A stretch of 64,000 bases of DNA from an uncultured delta proteobacterium (GCA_963803435.1 CAWDML010000001.1:1216001-1280000), one strand, 5' to 3'; shown: positions 1 to 10,146, numbered from the stretch's first letter. The notes: generated by a model not told the origin, from the letters alone. Program-made: numbers and translations.

Positions 1-66
1 GGAGCCGCAGGCAGAGACGAGAGCGATCGCGACGAATCCGATGCAGCAGGCCGTGGTTCTTGGCAT
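1..66 (-). CDS. N-terminus of a lipoprotein, runs off the window
   Basis: ATG at 66 reads MPRTTACCIGFVAIALVSACGS: hydrophobic signal ending in lipobox-like VSAC; open to the window edge. Confidence 0.55.
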   Translation of the reverse strand, partial: MPRTTACCIGFVAIALVSACGS

Positions 67-125
67 GGCGCGCCCTGTTAGTGACAGCGGCCTGCCCTGT
101 CAAACTCATTGGCACCGGCGGCCGC

Positions 126-1049
126 ATGAAGAAAGCTCCCCAGATGGAGATCCGCGAGCGCACGCTGGCGATCCGTCGCCGCGCCGCCGAGCTCGGCTTC
201 GACGCGATCGGTTTCGCGCGTGCCGATCACGCGGACCCGGAGCGCCGCCTCCGCGCCTGGCTCGAGCGGGGCTTCGCCGCCGGCATGGGCTATCTGGCGA
301 GAACCGCCGCCGAGCGGGAGGACCCGCGACGGATCGTCCCGGGCGCCAAGACCGTGATCGCACTGGCGATCTCGTACTACCGGCCGGAGGTCGTGCCGGC
401 GGCGCCGCTCAAGATCAGCCGCTACGCGATGATCGACGACTACCACGGGATGCTCAAGAAGCGCGTCCGGAAGCTGCGGAGGCTGATCCTCGAGCTCGAT
501 CCGGGCGCGAGCGTCAAGCCGGCGGTCGACACCTCGCCGGTCCTGGAACGGGCGTGGGCCGAGCGCGCCGGCATCGCGTGGATCGGAAAGAGCACGATGG
601 CGATCGGCCCGCGCCTGGGGACGTACACGTTCCTGGCCACGCTGATCACCACCACCGAGGTCGAGTACGACGAGCCGCACCCGAACCGCTGCGGCTCGTG
701 CACGCGCTGCCTCGATGCGTGTCCCACAAGAGCCTTCGCGGGCCCGTACCAGCTCGACGCCAACCGCTGCATCACCTACTGGACGATCGAGCATCGCGGC
801 GCGCTCACCGAGCGCACGCCCGACCTCGAGGGCTGGATCGGGGGCTGCGACGTCTGCCAGGAGGTGTGCCCCTGGAACAAGTTCGCGCGGCCGACGGAGG
901 AGCCGCGCTGGGTGCCGCGGCCCGAGCTCGCCGCGCCCGAGCCGGAGCGGTGGCGCGATGCCGACTACGTGGCGCGCGTGATCGAGGGGACGCCGCTCAC
1001 TCGACCCGGCGCAGAGACGTTGGTTCAGATCGTCCGTCGCTCAGGCTGA
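126..1049 (+). CDS. queG: tRNA epoxyqueuosine(34) reductase
   Basis: Motifs ISRYA..DYH, VDTSPVLERAWAERAGIAWIGK, CGSCTRCLDACPT, CITY, GCDVCQEVCPWN (two 4Fe-4S clusters). Start placed at ATG 126. Confidence 0.92.
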   Translation: MKKAPQMEIRERTLAIRRRAAELGFDAIGFARADHADPERRLRAWLERGFAAGMGYLARTAAEREDPRRIVPGAKTVIALAISYYRPEVVPAAPLKISRYAMIDDYHGMLKKRVRKLRRLILELDPGASVKPAVDTSPVLERAWAERAGIAWIGKSTMAIGPRLGTYTFLATLITTTEVEYDEPHPNRCGSCTRCLDACPTRAFAGPYQLDANRCITYWTIEHRGALTERTPDLEGWIGGCDVCQEVCPWNKFARPTEEPRWVPRPELAAPEPERWRDADYVARVIEGTPLTRPGAETLVQIVRRSG

Positions 1050-1266
1050 CCTGACCCTGGTCGCAGTGGGGATGCGAGAGTGCACCGGCGACGCGTACGC
1101 GGAGACCGCCGTCGATCCGATCGGTGACGTCGTGGACCTTCTTGAGCTCATACTTACTCAGCAAGACCCGAGGGAGCGAGAGCAGCGGCACCACCGCCAG
1201 GCCCAGCACCCCGAGGGCCGCGTAGACGAGCGTGACGATCACGAGGAAAGTGCCGAGCCCACCCAC
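997..1266 (-). CDS. Small hypothetical membrane protein, possibly truncated
   Basis: GTG start, N-terminal hydrophobic stretch and GC3-rich codons, but it overlaps the queG 3' end and has no recognisable motif. Confidence 0.3.
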   Translation of the reverse strand: MGGLGTFLVIVTLVYAALGVLGLAVVPLLSLPRVLLSKYELKKVHDVTDRIDGGLRVRVAGALSHPHCDQGQVSLSDGRSEPTSLRRVE

Positions 1267-1325
1267 GTCTTCATGATGCGCGCGGGCCCCGGGCCTCGCA
1301 AGCGCATCCGTGCTACAGCCAGCGG

Positions 1326-2144
1326 ATGGACGCTTCGACCCGCGTCACGCTCAACGACGGCTGGACGATCCCGCAGGTCGGTCTCGGTGTGTTCCGCACG
1401 GCCGCCGGAGAGGAGGCGAAGCGCGCCGTCCGAACCGCGCTCGAGGTCGGCTACCGGCACATCGACACGGCGGCGATCTACGAGAACGAGCGCTCGGTCG
1501 GTGAGGCGATCCGCGAGAGCGGGGTTCCGCGCGAGGACGTCTTCGTCACCACCAAGCTCTGGAACGAGGACCACGACGCGCCCGCGCAGGCCTTCGCGCG
1601 GAGCCTGAAGGCGTTGGGGCTCGGGTACGTCGATCTCTACCTGATCCACTGGCCGATAGCCGAGAAGCGAACGCGGACCTGGTCCGAGCTGGAGCGGCTG
1701 GTGAAGAGCGGCGACGTACGCTCGATCGGCGTCAGCAACTATCTGGTGCCGCACCTCGAGGAGTTGCTGGCCGCCGCGACCGTCCTCCCGGCGGTCAACC
1801 AGATCGAGCTCAGCCCGTACAGCTATCGCTCCCGACTCGACACCGTCACGCTGTGCCGGGAGCACGGGATCGCGATCGAGGCGTACAGCCCGCTCACCCG
1901 CGGCCGGAAGCTGGCCGACCCGCGCCTGGACGCGATCGGGCCCAGGAAGAAGAGCGCGGCGCAGAAACTGATCCGCTGGGGGCTTCAGCGGGACCTCATC
2001 GTGCTGCCAAAGTCGGCGCGCCCGACGCGCATCGAGGAGAACCTCGACGTCTTCGACTTCGAGCTCTCCAGCGAAGACATGGACGCGCTGGACGCGCTCG
2101 ACGAGAACCTCCTGGTGGCCTGGGATCCGCGCCGCCAGCCGTGA
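1326..2144 (+). CDS. Aldo/keto reductase (2,5-diketo-D-gluconate reductase-like)
   Basis: GYRHIDTAAIYENE, VTTKLW, DLYLIHWP, IGVSNY, NQIELSP, LPKS motifs. Confidence 0.92.
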   Translation: MDASTRVTLNDGWTIPQVGLGVFRTAAGEEAKRAVRTALEVGYRHIDTAAIYENERSVGEAIRESGVPREDVFVTTKLWNEDHDAPAQAFARSLKALGLGYVDLYLIHWPIAEKRTRTWSELERLVKSGDVRSIGVSNYLVPHLEELLAAATVLPAVNQIELSPYSYRSRLDTVTLCREHGIAIEAYSPLTRGRKLADPRLDAIGPRKKSAAQKLIRWGLQRDLIVLPKSARPTRIEENLDVFDFELSSEDMDALDALDENLLVAWDPRRQP

Positions 2145-2615
2145 TCAGCCGTTCGCGGAGAGGAACGTGTCGAGGTTCTGCCGGGCGGTGGCCTGCACCT
2201 TCTTCCGGATGATGGGCGTCCAGCCGAGGAGCACGCCCGCCGGGCCCAGCGCCATGCGCGACCACCGCCAGAAGTCGAAGCGATCGATGTGCCGGAGGAT
2301 CTTGCCGCCGTCGAACTGGAACTCCGCGTCGATGACGTTGTGAACGCGACGTCCGGTCTGCGCGAATGTGTACTTCGCCTCCCAGTGGGCGCGCCCGGTG
2401 CGATCGTCGGCGTGGACGTCGCGGAACGTGACCTCGAGATCGCGGGCGCGCTTCGACAGCATGCGCCACATGCCGCGCGCCTCGTCAGCGTCGAGATCCG
2501 TGAAGACGGGATCGGTGAAGCGAGCGCCGTCCGCATAGGCGGCGGCCATCGGCTCGGCGTCCTTCCGGGCGAACGCCGTGTAGAACTGCTCGATCAAGGC
2601 CTCGTTCGGGTGCAT
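2145..2615 (-). CDS. NTF2/SnoaL-like family protein
   Basis: FYTAF..DAEPMAAAY...FTDPVF...MWRML...HWEAKYTF..TGRRVHNVI...HIDRFDFWRW pattern. Confidence 0.85.
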   Translation of the reverse strand: MHPNEALIEQFYTAFARKDAEPMAAAYADGARFTDPVFTDLDADEARGMWRMLSKRARDLEVTFRDVHADDRTGRAHWEAKYTFAQTGRRVHNVIDAEFQFDGGKILRHIDRFDFWRWSRMALGPAGVLLGWTPIIRKKVQATARQNLDTFLSANG

Positions 2616-2616
2616 C

Positions 2617-3246
2617 TCAATGACCCGCCGCGTCGCCCCAGAGCGCCTTCAGGCGGCGGTCGCGGCCGCAGCCGGCGCGGTAGGATTGATAGTGGGCGGG
2701 GTTGGTCTTGTGGAAGTCTTGATGCCCGACCTCGGCAGGATAGAACGTCGAGGCCGCGACGATCTCGGTATACACGTGACCGCCGAGCTTCTTCTCGACC
2801 TCGGCCTTCGTCTTCTCGGCGAGTCGCTTCTGGGCCTCGTCGTGATAGAAGATCGCGCTTCGATACTGTGAGCCCGCGTCGCAGAACTGACGGTTCTCGG
2901 CGAGCGGATCGATGTTGTGCCAGTAGATCTCGAGAAGGCGCTCGTAGCTGATCTTCGTCGGATCGAAGATCACGTAGACCGACTCGGCGTGCCCGGTGTC
3001 GCCCGAGCCGACCTCCATGTACGTGGGATTGACCTTCTGGCCCCCCGTGTACCCGGAGGTCGCGGAGAGCACGCCCTCCGCCTCGTCGAACGGGGTCTCC
3101 ATGCACCAGAAACACCCGCCTGCGAAGGTGGCGACCTGCATCCCCTTCGGCACGTCGGGGAGCTTCGCCGGCGGTCCCAAATCCTTCGCGCTCGCGAAGC
3201 GGCAGGAGAAGAGGAGGAGGAGGGACAGCAGGCTGGTGGCTTTCAT
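2617..3246 (-). CDS. msrA: Peptide-methionine (S)-S-oxide reductase with export signal
   Basis: FAGGCFWCME, SGYTGG, GHAESV, QFCD.GSQYRSAIF, GCGRD; N-terminal hydrophobic signal peptide. Confidence 0.92.
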   Translation of the reverse strand: MKATSLLSLLLLFSCRFASAKDLGPPAKLPDVPKGMQVATFAGGCFWCMETPFDEAEGVLSATSGYTGGQKVNPTYMEVGSGDTGHAESVYVIFDPTKISYERLLEIYWHNIDPLAENRQFCDAGSQYRSAIFYHDEAQKRLAEKTKAEVEKKLGGHVYTEIVAASTFYPAEVGHQDFHKTNPAHYQSYRAGCGRDRRLKALWGDAAGH

Positions 3247-3387
3247 CCGGCTGACGATTCTACTCGACGCCGGAGCCCGCGGTTACAAAACGCCGGCTTT
3301 TCGGGGACCGTGCAACCCCACCTGCGCATCATGACAGCGGTCACCCGCTCCAACCCGTCCCTGGTCCACGTATAGCCTCGCCAATAG

Positions 3388-4215
3388 ATGAAGCCCGCGA
3401 TCGTCGTGATCACTACGCTCTCGCTGTCCGCCGCCGCGATCTCCGCGCGGGCCGGGGACTACCGGATCGGAGGTGAGGTCGGGCTGTACCACGACTCGAC
3501 CGAGGGCGCGTCTCTGACGGCGCTGACGGAGGTCATCGACGCGGACATCACGGTGGTCGACTCGATCGCGATCGTGGGTGCGCTGCCGTTCGTGCAGATC
3601 ATCGGAACGGGCGGCAACTCCACCGAGGCACGGTTTCGCATCGGCAACCCGTACGCCGCGGCCTATTACCAGATGGGCACGGATCTGTTCCGGCTCCGGA
3701 TCGGTGGTGGCTTCGCGATCCCCGCCGCGCAGCTCCCCAACGACCAGAACGCGCTGCTGGCCGCGATCACGTACTCCGTCGCGCTGGGGATGCACGGCTT
3801 TCAAGGCCCGTGGCTGTGGAGCCCCGAGACGCTCCCGGTCACGGTCCCGTCGCTGCGCCTCCGCGTCGACCTGGGCCTGGTCGAGATCCAGGGCGGCGGC
3901 GACGTCGCGCTCCTGATCGCGCTGAACACCGACAACGACCGGGACAAGGTCGAGGTGATGCTCCCGCTCTACGCCGGCGCGCTGGTCCACCTGGGCTTCC
4001 TCGGCGCGGGGGCCGACATCGGGGCGGCCTTCTTCCCCACCGCGGGCAGCGGCGCCGACAAGTTTCAGCTGTCGATCTCGCCGAAGCTGACGGCGACGTT
4101 CGGCCCCGTGGAGCTCGAGACCCGGCTCACGATGAACATCGATCATCCGGCCGGCTTCGCGTTCGACCAGGGTGGGATCTGGGGCTTCTTCGTGGGCGCG
4201 CACGCGGTGTTCTGA
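3388..4215 (+). CDS. Putative outer-membrane beta-barrel protein
   Basis: Signal peptide ending ARA, alternating beta-strand pattern, C-terminal GFFVGAHAVF with terminal Phe (BAM-type signal). Confidence 0.65.
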   Translation: MKPAIVVITTLSLSAAAISARAGDYRIGGEVGLYHDSTEGASLTALTEVIDADITVVDSIAIVGALPFVQIIGTGGNSTEARFRIGNPYAAAYYQMGTDLFRLRIGGGFAIPAAQLPNDQNALLAAITYSVALGMHGFQGPWLWSPETLPVTVPSLRLRVDLGLVEIQGGGDVALLIALNTDNDRDKVEVMLPLYAGALVHLGFLGAGADIGAAFFPTAGSGADKFQLSISPKLTATFGPVELETRLTMNIDHPAGFAFDQGGIWGFFVGAHAVF

Positions 4216-5013
4216 TCAGACCACGACGCCCATCGGTCTCCTGAGCGGAAGCGCCACGCCGATCGACATCACCATCCAGGTCACCCACCACGGCATCCAG
4301 AGCACGCTCCGCTCTTCGCGTTCGTGATCGATCGCGATGCGGGTGAACGGGAGCTCGCTCGAGAGCCCGTGCTCGTATCCGGCGGCGATCGAGCTGGCCC
4401 ATCCCTGTCTCCGCTCCACGCTGATGCGCTGCGCTCCGGGCGCTGCGATCAGGAGCTTGTCGGTGTGGGCCTCGCCGAGGGTCACTTGGAACGCGGTGTT
4501 CGCGGGCTGCGCCAGGTCGACGCGGAACCAGGCCACGTTCGCGTTCCGATCCACGACCGGACCCAGCACCGTGCCCTCGCCGTCGAGCGTGAGGCGCACG
4601 TCGCCGGCGGCCACCCCCTCGGCCACTTCGACCTCCACCAGCGCTTGCTGAGCGGCCGGCCGGTAGCTGAAGCGCAGCTCCAGGTGGAGAAACAGCAGCG
4701 AGAGCGGCGCGGCCAGCACCAGCAGCGCGGGGAGCGTTCTCCCGGTGTACCGGGCGCTGTACCAGACGAGGCGGCGTTGTGCCGAGAACACGCGGCGCGG
4801 CGAGTCCATGAACAGCCTCATCTCGTAGATCGTCGAGGTCATCAGGTCCCGGGCGCGCTCGAGCTTCCTCTGGTCGGTGGTTCGCTTCACCACCCAGAGC
4901 GCGATCACGGCGGTGGCGGCCGACACCACCAGCAGCTCGAGCCACGCTGGAAGCCGGTCGAGCGGAGCGAGCAGCAGCTCCGTCGCGGAGTGCGCCAGAT
5001 CGACGACCACCAC
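4216..5013 (-). CDS. Membrane protein resembling DUF106/EMC3/TMCO1 (Oxa1 superfamily-like)
   Basis: TM, then KRTTDQRKL helical segment, TM, a beta-rich loop and C-terminal WWVTWMVMS..LRR TM. Start placed at GTG 5013; the longer track ORF is antisense to the kinase. Confidence 0.65.
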   Translation of the reverse strand: MVVVDLAHSATELLLAPLDRLPAWLELLVVSAATAVIALWVVKRTTDQRKLERARDLMTSTIYEMRLFMDSPRRVFSAQRRLVWYSARYTGRTLPALLVLAAPLSLLFLHLELRFSYRPAAQQALVEVEVAEGVAAGDVRLTLDGEGTVLGPVVDRNANVAWFRVDLAQPANTAFQVTLGEAHTDKLLIAAPGAQRISVERRQGWASSIAAGYEHGLSSELPFTRIAIDHEREERSVLWMPWWVTWMVMSIGVALPLRRPMGVVV

Positions 5014-5049
5014 GGAGCGATCTAATCCCTCCGGCGGTTTTTCGGTAGC

Positions 5050-6519
5050 ATGGTCCTCGTGTCGGGCGCCGATCCCCTGATCGGCCGGGTCATCGCCGGC
5101 AAGATGGAGCTCTCGGAGCTGCTGGGTGCCGGAGCGATGGGCAAGGTCTATCGCGCCCGGCATCGCGGCCTCGACAAGACGGTCGCGATCAAGGTGCTCC
5201 ACGCGGAGGCCAGCGCCGCACCCACACTGGCCGCCCGCTTTCAGGCGGAGGCGCGCGCCGCCTCCCGACTGGATCACCCGAACAGCCTGCGGGTCCTCGA
5301 CTTCGGAGAGGACGGCCCCGACGCCCTGCTCTACATCGCGATGGAGCTCCTCGAGGGCGAGACGCTCCAGTCGGTGCTGGCGCGCGAGCGCAAGCTGGCC
5401 CCTTCGCGCGCCGCCTGGATCATGGGACAGGTCTGCTCGGCGCTGGCAGCCGCACACGATCAAGGCGTGATCCACCGCGACGTGAAGCCGGCCAACGTCA
5501 TCCTGACGACCCAGCGCGGAGACCAGGGTCTGGTCGGCGACTTCGTGAAGGTCTGCGACTTCGGGCTGGCGAAGGTGCTCGACACGCACTCCGAGACCTC
5601 CTCGAGCGGACCGCTGACGCAGCAGGGGGTGGTGCTGGGCACGCCGGCGTACATGTCACCCGAGCAGGCCAAAGGGGAGCCGGTCGATCACCGCGCCGAC
5701 ATCTATGCCTGCGGGGTGATGCTGTATCGCATGCTCTCCGGGCGGAAGCCGTTCATCGGGGACTCCGCGTGGGCGGTGTCGCTCAAGCAGATCGCGGAGG
5801 CGCCGCCGCCGCTCCGCGATCTCGCGCCCGAGATCTCCGACGCGCTCGCCGCCGTGGTTCATCGAGCGCTCCAGAAGGCGCCCGGCGCCCGCTATCAGTC
5901 GGCCCGCGCGCTGCGGGCGGCCCTGCTGGACGCGGCCGGCGTCCCGAACGACAGCGGAGGTGCGAGCGCCCGCTTCGCCGAGCCCACCGTCGATCTCGAT
6001 CCCACGTTCATCCGCGCGTCGGATCAGAGCGTCCCCGTCTCGGAGGCCCTCGGTGGCGCTGGTCGCCGGCGCACGCTCGCGATCGCCGGCGCTGTCCTGA
6101 CCGCGGCCGCGATCGCGCTGTTCGTGATCCTTCCCAGGGCGCCGGCGGTAGAGGCGACGCCCATCGCGATCGAAGCGCCGGCCGCACCGCCGCCCGCTGC
6201 CCCTGCGGAGGTCGAGGTCGCGATCGACGGCGCGCCTGCCGGCACCCGCGTCTTCGCGAACGACGTGCTCCTCGGTGCGCTCCCCGGCGTCCTCACGCTC
6301 GACCGCGGCGGCCGCCCGATCGGCCTTCGGTTCGAAGCGAACGGCTACGAGTCGCTGGCGCGCTCGGTGATCCCGGATCGCGACCTTCACCTCACGATCG
6401 CGCTTCGCCCGCTGGCGCCTCCGCCCTCCTCGCCTCCCGCGAAGGCCCGCTCGCACAGCGCGCCCCCGTCGAACCCCCGGAAGAAGGACCGCCACGCCCT
6501 CGAGAACCCGTTCGAATGA
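5050..6519 (+). CDS. Hanks-type Ser/Thr protein kinase with TM and PEGA-like C-terminal domain
   Basis: LGAGAMGKVY, VAIKVL, HRDVKPAN, DFG, GTPAYMSPEQ, TM, C-terminal LENPF. True start may be GTG 5059. Confidence 0.93.
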   Translation: MVLVSGADPLIGRVIAGKMELSELLGAGAMGKVYRARHRGLDKTVAIKVLHAEASAAPTLAARFQAEARAASRLDHPNSLRVLDFGEDGPDALLYIAMELLEGETLQSVLARERKLAPSRAAWIMGQVCSALAAAHDQGVIHRDVKPANVILTTQRGDQGLVGDFVKVCDFGLAKVLDTHSETSSSGPLTQQGVVLGTPAYMSPEQAKGEPVDHRADIYACGVMLYRMLSGRKPFIGDSAWAVSLKQIAEAPPPLRDLAPEISDALAAVVHRALQKAPGARYQSARALRAALLDAAGVPNDSGGASARFAEPTVDLDPTFIRASDQSVPVSEALGGAGRRRTLAIAGAVLTAAAIALFVILPRAPAVEATPIAIEAPAAPPPAAPAEVEVAIDGAPAGTRVFANDVLLGALPGVLTLDRGGRPIGLRFEANGYESLARSVIPDRDLHLTIALRPLAPPPSSPPAKARSHSAPPSNPRKKDRHALENPFE

Positions 6520-9056
6520 TGCGCACCCTTTCGGTACCCCTCCTCCTGCTCCTCGGCTGCACCGATCTTCCCCCGGTCGCGCGCGGCGTGTGCGGCAACG
6601 CGGTCCTCGAGACCGGAGAGCTGTGCGACACCTTCACGGATCACGCCGGCGAGAGCGGGTGCGGCGCGCCCGACAGCGCGCACGCGTGTGCATTCGTCTG
6701 CGACGCCGCCGAGTGCCCGCCCGGCTGGTCGTGCGGGAGCGACGACCTCTGCCGGCTTCCGGACGCCCGCTTCGATCCGGTCCCCGGCCTGTGGTCGTTC
6801 CGCTCGATCGACGCGACGATCGCGGACGCTGACGGAGATGGTCTGCCCGATCTGATCGGCAACGACCGTTCGAGGTTCTCGGTCCTCTTCCAGACGGCGC
6901 CGCGGCGCTTCGATCAGGACTTTCTGCTCGAGACCCGCATCCCCATCGGTGCCCCGTATTTCGGCGATCTCGACGGCGACGCGCGCGCCGACGTGGTGGT
7001 CCCCACGATCCTCGGCCTCCTAGTGCTGCTGGAACAGGACGACCGCACGCTGCTCTCGCGCGTGTACGACACCACCATCGGGATCGCGGGCGGGCCCGCG
7101 CTCCGCTTCATCGTCACCGGCGAGCGCGACAGCCCGCTCACCGAGAACGACGTTGCGATCGCCGTCGGAAACGCGCTGACGTCGATCGACGCCGACGCCG
7201 GCGTCCTCACCGTGATGCCGCCCTGGCTCGACGGACGGGACCTGCCCGCCCGGATCCCGTTCGGCCGCATCCCCGCGACCGATACTCGCAGCACCTTCGC
7301 GCTGTGGAACGAGGGCGGCCGCCAGATCGCGCTCTACCGCATCGAGGGGAGCACGCGTCGAGATCGGCGGCCCGCGCTCCGTCTCACCGTCTCCGTGCCC
7401 GACCCGCTGGGATCGACGATCGCGCTCACCGACGCCGACGGCGACGGCGTCCTCGATCTGTTGGCCGCCGTCGGCCATCCCGAGAGCCCGGTCGCGGTCG
7501 CGCTCGGTACCACCAGCTCGGTCACCGGCGACCTCGGCTTCGCGCCCTTCTGCGACCTTCGCTTCGAGCTCCTGGACGTCCCCACAAACCGATGGCTGCC
7601 GGTCGATGCTCCGCTCCTCGGCGCCGGCGACTTCGACGGCGACGGGCTGGCGGACTACGTGTTCGACGTCGGCGTGCTCACCAGCAACGGCGTCGCGCCC
7701 ACGTGCGGGACGCCGATCCGTACCGCGCGCCTCTCCGCGGTGACGCTCTTTCAGCGGTGGAAGGAGGTGGAGACCGGCGACTTCAACGGCGACGGCCGCC
7801 TCGACTTCGCCGCCGCCTCCGACGAGCGGCAGCTCGACGTGTACTTCGGGTCGGGCACGGGAGGGTTCGCGCGCCGCACGGTGCTCCTCGATCGCGCCCC
7901 CACACTCCTGCGCGCCGGGGACTTCGACGGCGACTTCGTCGACGACATCGCGTTCGTCGGCGACGAACCCTCCGGCGCGCTGCTCTCCGTGATCTTCGGA
8001 GACGCCGGCAGCGAGCTCTCCGAGCCCAGAGCGATCGGTCGCTTCCCCGCGATCACCGACGTGGTCACGGCGCAGTGGGCGTTCGATCTGGAGGCGCTCG
8101 ACGTCGTCTCCGACCTGCTGATCACCTCGCACGGTGTCGACTCGCCGGACACCTCGGTCGCGATCGCCTTCGGATCGACGTCCCGTCAGATGTTCGCCCC
8201 CTACGTGTTCCCCGGCTCGGACACCGGCGTTCCGGTCGCGGCGATCGTGGGCGACTTCTGCAACTGCGAGGTGCCCGGCTGCGTGGAACAGAAGGACCTG
8301 GCGGCCATCAGCCGCACCACGATTCCTCCCAAGACCGAGCTCTGGATCGCGCGCGGCGTCGCCGGCGATCCTCCCGGACGCCTCGATCCGCTCGAGGCGG
8401 CGATCGACATCCCCCTCGGCACCGCCTCCCGCTTCGACCTCACCTGCTCGATCTGGGCGGTCGCGGATGTCGACGGCGACGGTCGGGACGAGATCTTCGG
8501 CCTCGACAACATCGGCGCGCGCTGCGCCGACGCCTCGCAGGGACCATCCCGCATGCTCGTGATCGATCCGGACGCGACGGCCTGTGGGGGCGCCTTCTCC
8601 GCGGAGGCTCGAACGATCGAGGAGGACCAGTACACGGGCGCCACCCGGATCCGACCCCGCGATCTCGACGCCGACGGCGACCTGGATCTGCTCCTCACCT
8701 TCGCCGGCCGCGAGCGCGCCGGCGCCGGCGTGGTCATCCTCTGGAACGACGGCGGTCGGATTGGGGATCGCGTCACGACCGTCGAGGCGCCGGCCGGCAC
8801 CACCCCGGTCGACACCGACGCGCTCCAGCTCGACACCGATCCGGAGCTCGAGCTGGTGCTGCGCACCTCCGACGAGAGCGGACGCAGCTCGGTCTGGTTC
8901 ATCGACGACGGCGAGCCGCAGCTGTTCCAAAAGATCATGGCCGCACCGGGCGCCGTCACCGCCGGCGACCTCGACCTGGATGGTCTCGACGACATCGTCC
9001 TCACCTTCGGCGCGCGCGCCAGCGTCTACTGGGGACAGGACGGGGCCCTGCGATGA
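6516..9056 (+). CDS. Lipoprotein with Cys-rich N-terminus and FG-GAP/VCBS beta-propeller repeats
   Basis: ATGA overlap with kinase stop; LLLGC lipobox; CGNAVLETGELCD; many DxDGDGxxD repeats. Confidence 0.85.
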   Translation: MMRTLSVPLLLLLGCTDLPPVARGVCGNAVLETGELCDTFTDHAGESGCGAPDSAHACAFVCDAAECPPGWSCGSDDLCRLPDARFDPVPGLWSFRSIDATIADADGDGLPDLIGNDRSRFSVLFQTAPRRFDQDFLLETRIPIGAPYFGDLDGDARADVVVPTILGLLVLLEQDDRTLLSRVYDTTIGIAGGPALRFIVTGERDSPLTENDVAIAVGNALTSIDADAGVLTVMPPWLDGRDLPARIPFGRIPATDTRSTFALWNEGGRQIALYRIEGSTRRDRRPALRLTVSVPDPLGSTIALTDADGDGVLDLLAAVGHPESPVAVALGTTSSVTGDLGFAPFCDLRFELLDVPTNRWLPVDAPLLGAGDFDGDGLADYVFDVGVLTSNGVAPTCGTPIRTARLSAVTLFQRWKEVETGDFNGDGRLDFAAASDERQLDVYFGSGTGGFARRTVLLDRAPTLLRAGDFDGDFVDDIAFVGDEPSGALLSVIFGDAGSELSEPRAIGRFPAITDVVTAQWAFDLEALDVVSDLLITSHGVDSPDTSVAIAFGSTSRQMFAPYVFPGSDTGVPVAAIVGDFCNCEVPGCVEQKDLAAISRTTIPPKTELWIARGVAGDPPGRLDPLEAAIDIPLGTASRFDLTCSIWAVADVDGDGRDEIFGLDNIGARCADASQGPSRMLVIDPDATACGGAFSAEARTIEEDQYTGATRIRPRDLDADGDLDLLLTFAGRERAGAGVVILWNDGGRIGDRVTTVEAPAGTTPVDTDALQLDTDPELELVLRTSDESGRSSVWFIDDGEPQLFQKIMAAPGAVTAGDLDLDGLDDIVLTFGARASVYWGQDGALR

Positions 9057-10126
9057 TGAGGGTCGTCGCAGCCCTCCTCCTCTCGCTGGCCGTCGCCGCA
9101 CCGGCGCGGGGCGAGAAGTCGGAGGCCGAGCGCTTCTTCCGCGCCGGCGCCCGCGCCTACGAGAGCGGCCAGTACGAGGTGGCGTGCCGCGCGCTCGAGC
9201 AGGCGTACGAGCTCGACCCGCTGCCCGCCATCGCGTTCTCGCTGGCGCAGGCGTACTGGCTCCGCTACTTCGCCGACGCGAAGCCGGAGTTCCTCGAGCG
9301 AGCGAAGGTGCTCTACCAGCGGTACGTGGAAGAGACGCCGAAGGGCGGCCGGCGCCACGACGCCGTCACCGCGCTGGCGGAGATCGAACCGCTCCTCGCG
9401 CGGATCGATCCGTCGCACGCCACCGTCGAGATCCTCAAACAACCCACGCAGCTGCTGGTCACGTGCGAGATCGAGTCGGCGCACGTCTCGATCGACGGCG
9501 GCGACCCGGTCCCGCTCCCCGCCACCGTGGAGGTGGCGGCCGGACCGCACCGCCTGCTCACCTCCGCCGACGGTTACTTCGATCAGTCGAAGAACGCGAT
9601 CGCGGTCGACGGCCGTTTGATCGTCGAGGAGATCGCCCTCGTCCCCCGCCCGGCCACCATCGCGCTCTCGGGCGATCCTGGCCGTATCCTCGTCGACGGC
9701 CGGCCGGCCGGTGACCTCCCGACACCGATCGAGGTCGCGGCCGGGCCACACACGCTGACCGTGCTCGCGAACGGACGCCGGCGGTGGGATCGGTCCATCG
9801 AGGTGACCCGGGGCCAAGCGCTCGACCTCGGCGTCGAGCTCCGCGCCACGCCGCAGCGCTATCTCGCCTGGACCGCCCTCGGTGGCGCGGCGCTCGCTGC
9901 CGCCGGTGGCGCGCTCGCCACCTTCGGCGCGGCCCGCGCGAACCACCTCGCTCGTGGGATCGAGGACCGCCGCCTCTCGGCCGGCATCACGCCGCACGAC
10001 CTCGACGCCTACCACGGGCACCTCGAAGACCGCAGCGCGTTTCGAGGCGCCGCGATCGGGCTCTACACCACGGCCGCGGCGCTGGCCCTCACCGGCACCC
10101 TGCTCTACCTGTTCGACGAGCCGTGA
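9053..10126 (+). CDS. TPR + PEGA domain protein with C-terminal hydrophobic helices
   Basis: ATGA overlap; signal peptide; AERFFRAGARAYESGQY..A...LEQAYELDP TPR; two PEGA-like units (VSIDG..P...EVAAGPH). Confidence 0.85.
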   Translation: MMRVVAALLLSLAVAAPARGEKSEAERFFRAGARAYESGQYEVACRALEQAYELDPLPAIAFSLAQAYWLRYFADAKPEFLERAKVLYQRYVEETPKGGRRHDAVTALAEIEPLLARIDPSHATVEILKQPTQLLVTCEIESAHVSIDGGDPVPLPATVEVAAGPHRLLTSADGYFDQSKNAIAVDGRLIVEEIALVPRPATIALSGDPGRILVDGRPAGDLPTPIEVAAGPHTLTVLANGRRRWDRSIEVTRGQALDLGVELRATPQRYLAWTALGGAALAAAGGALATFGAARANHLARGIEDRRLSAGITPHDLDAYHGHLEDRSAFRGAAIGLYTTAAALALTGTLLYLFDEP

Positions 10127-10146
10127 GAGACGTGGGCGCCGGGTGA

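Noticed and set aside
5769-9052. Long N-terminal extensions of the FG-GAP (from 5769) and PEGA (from 7304) ORFs
   Set aside because: They overlap upstream genes out of frame; real starts are at ATGA overlaps followed by signal peptides.
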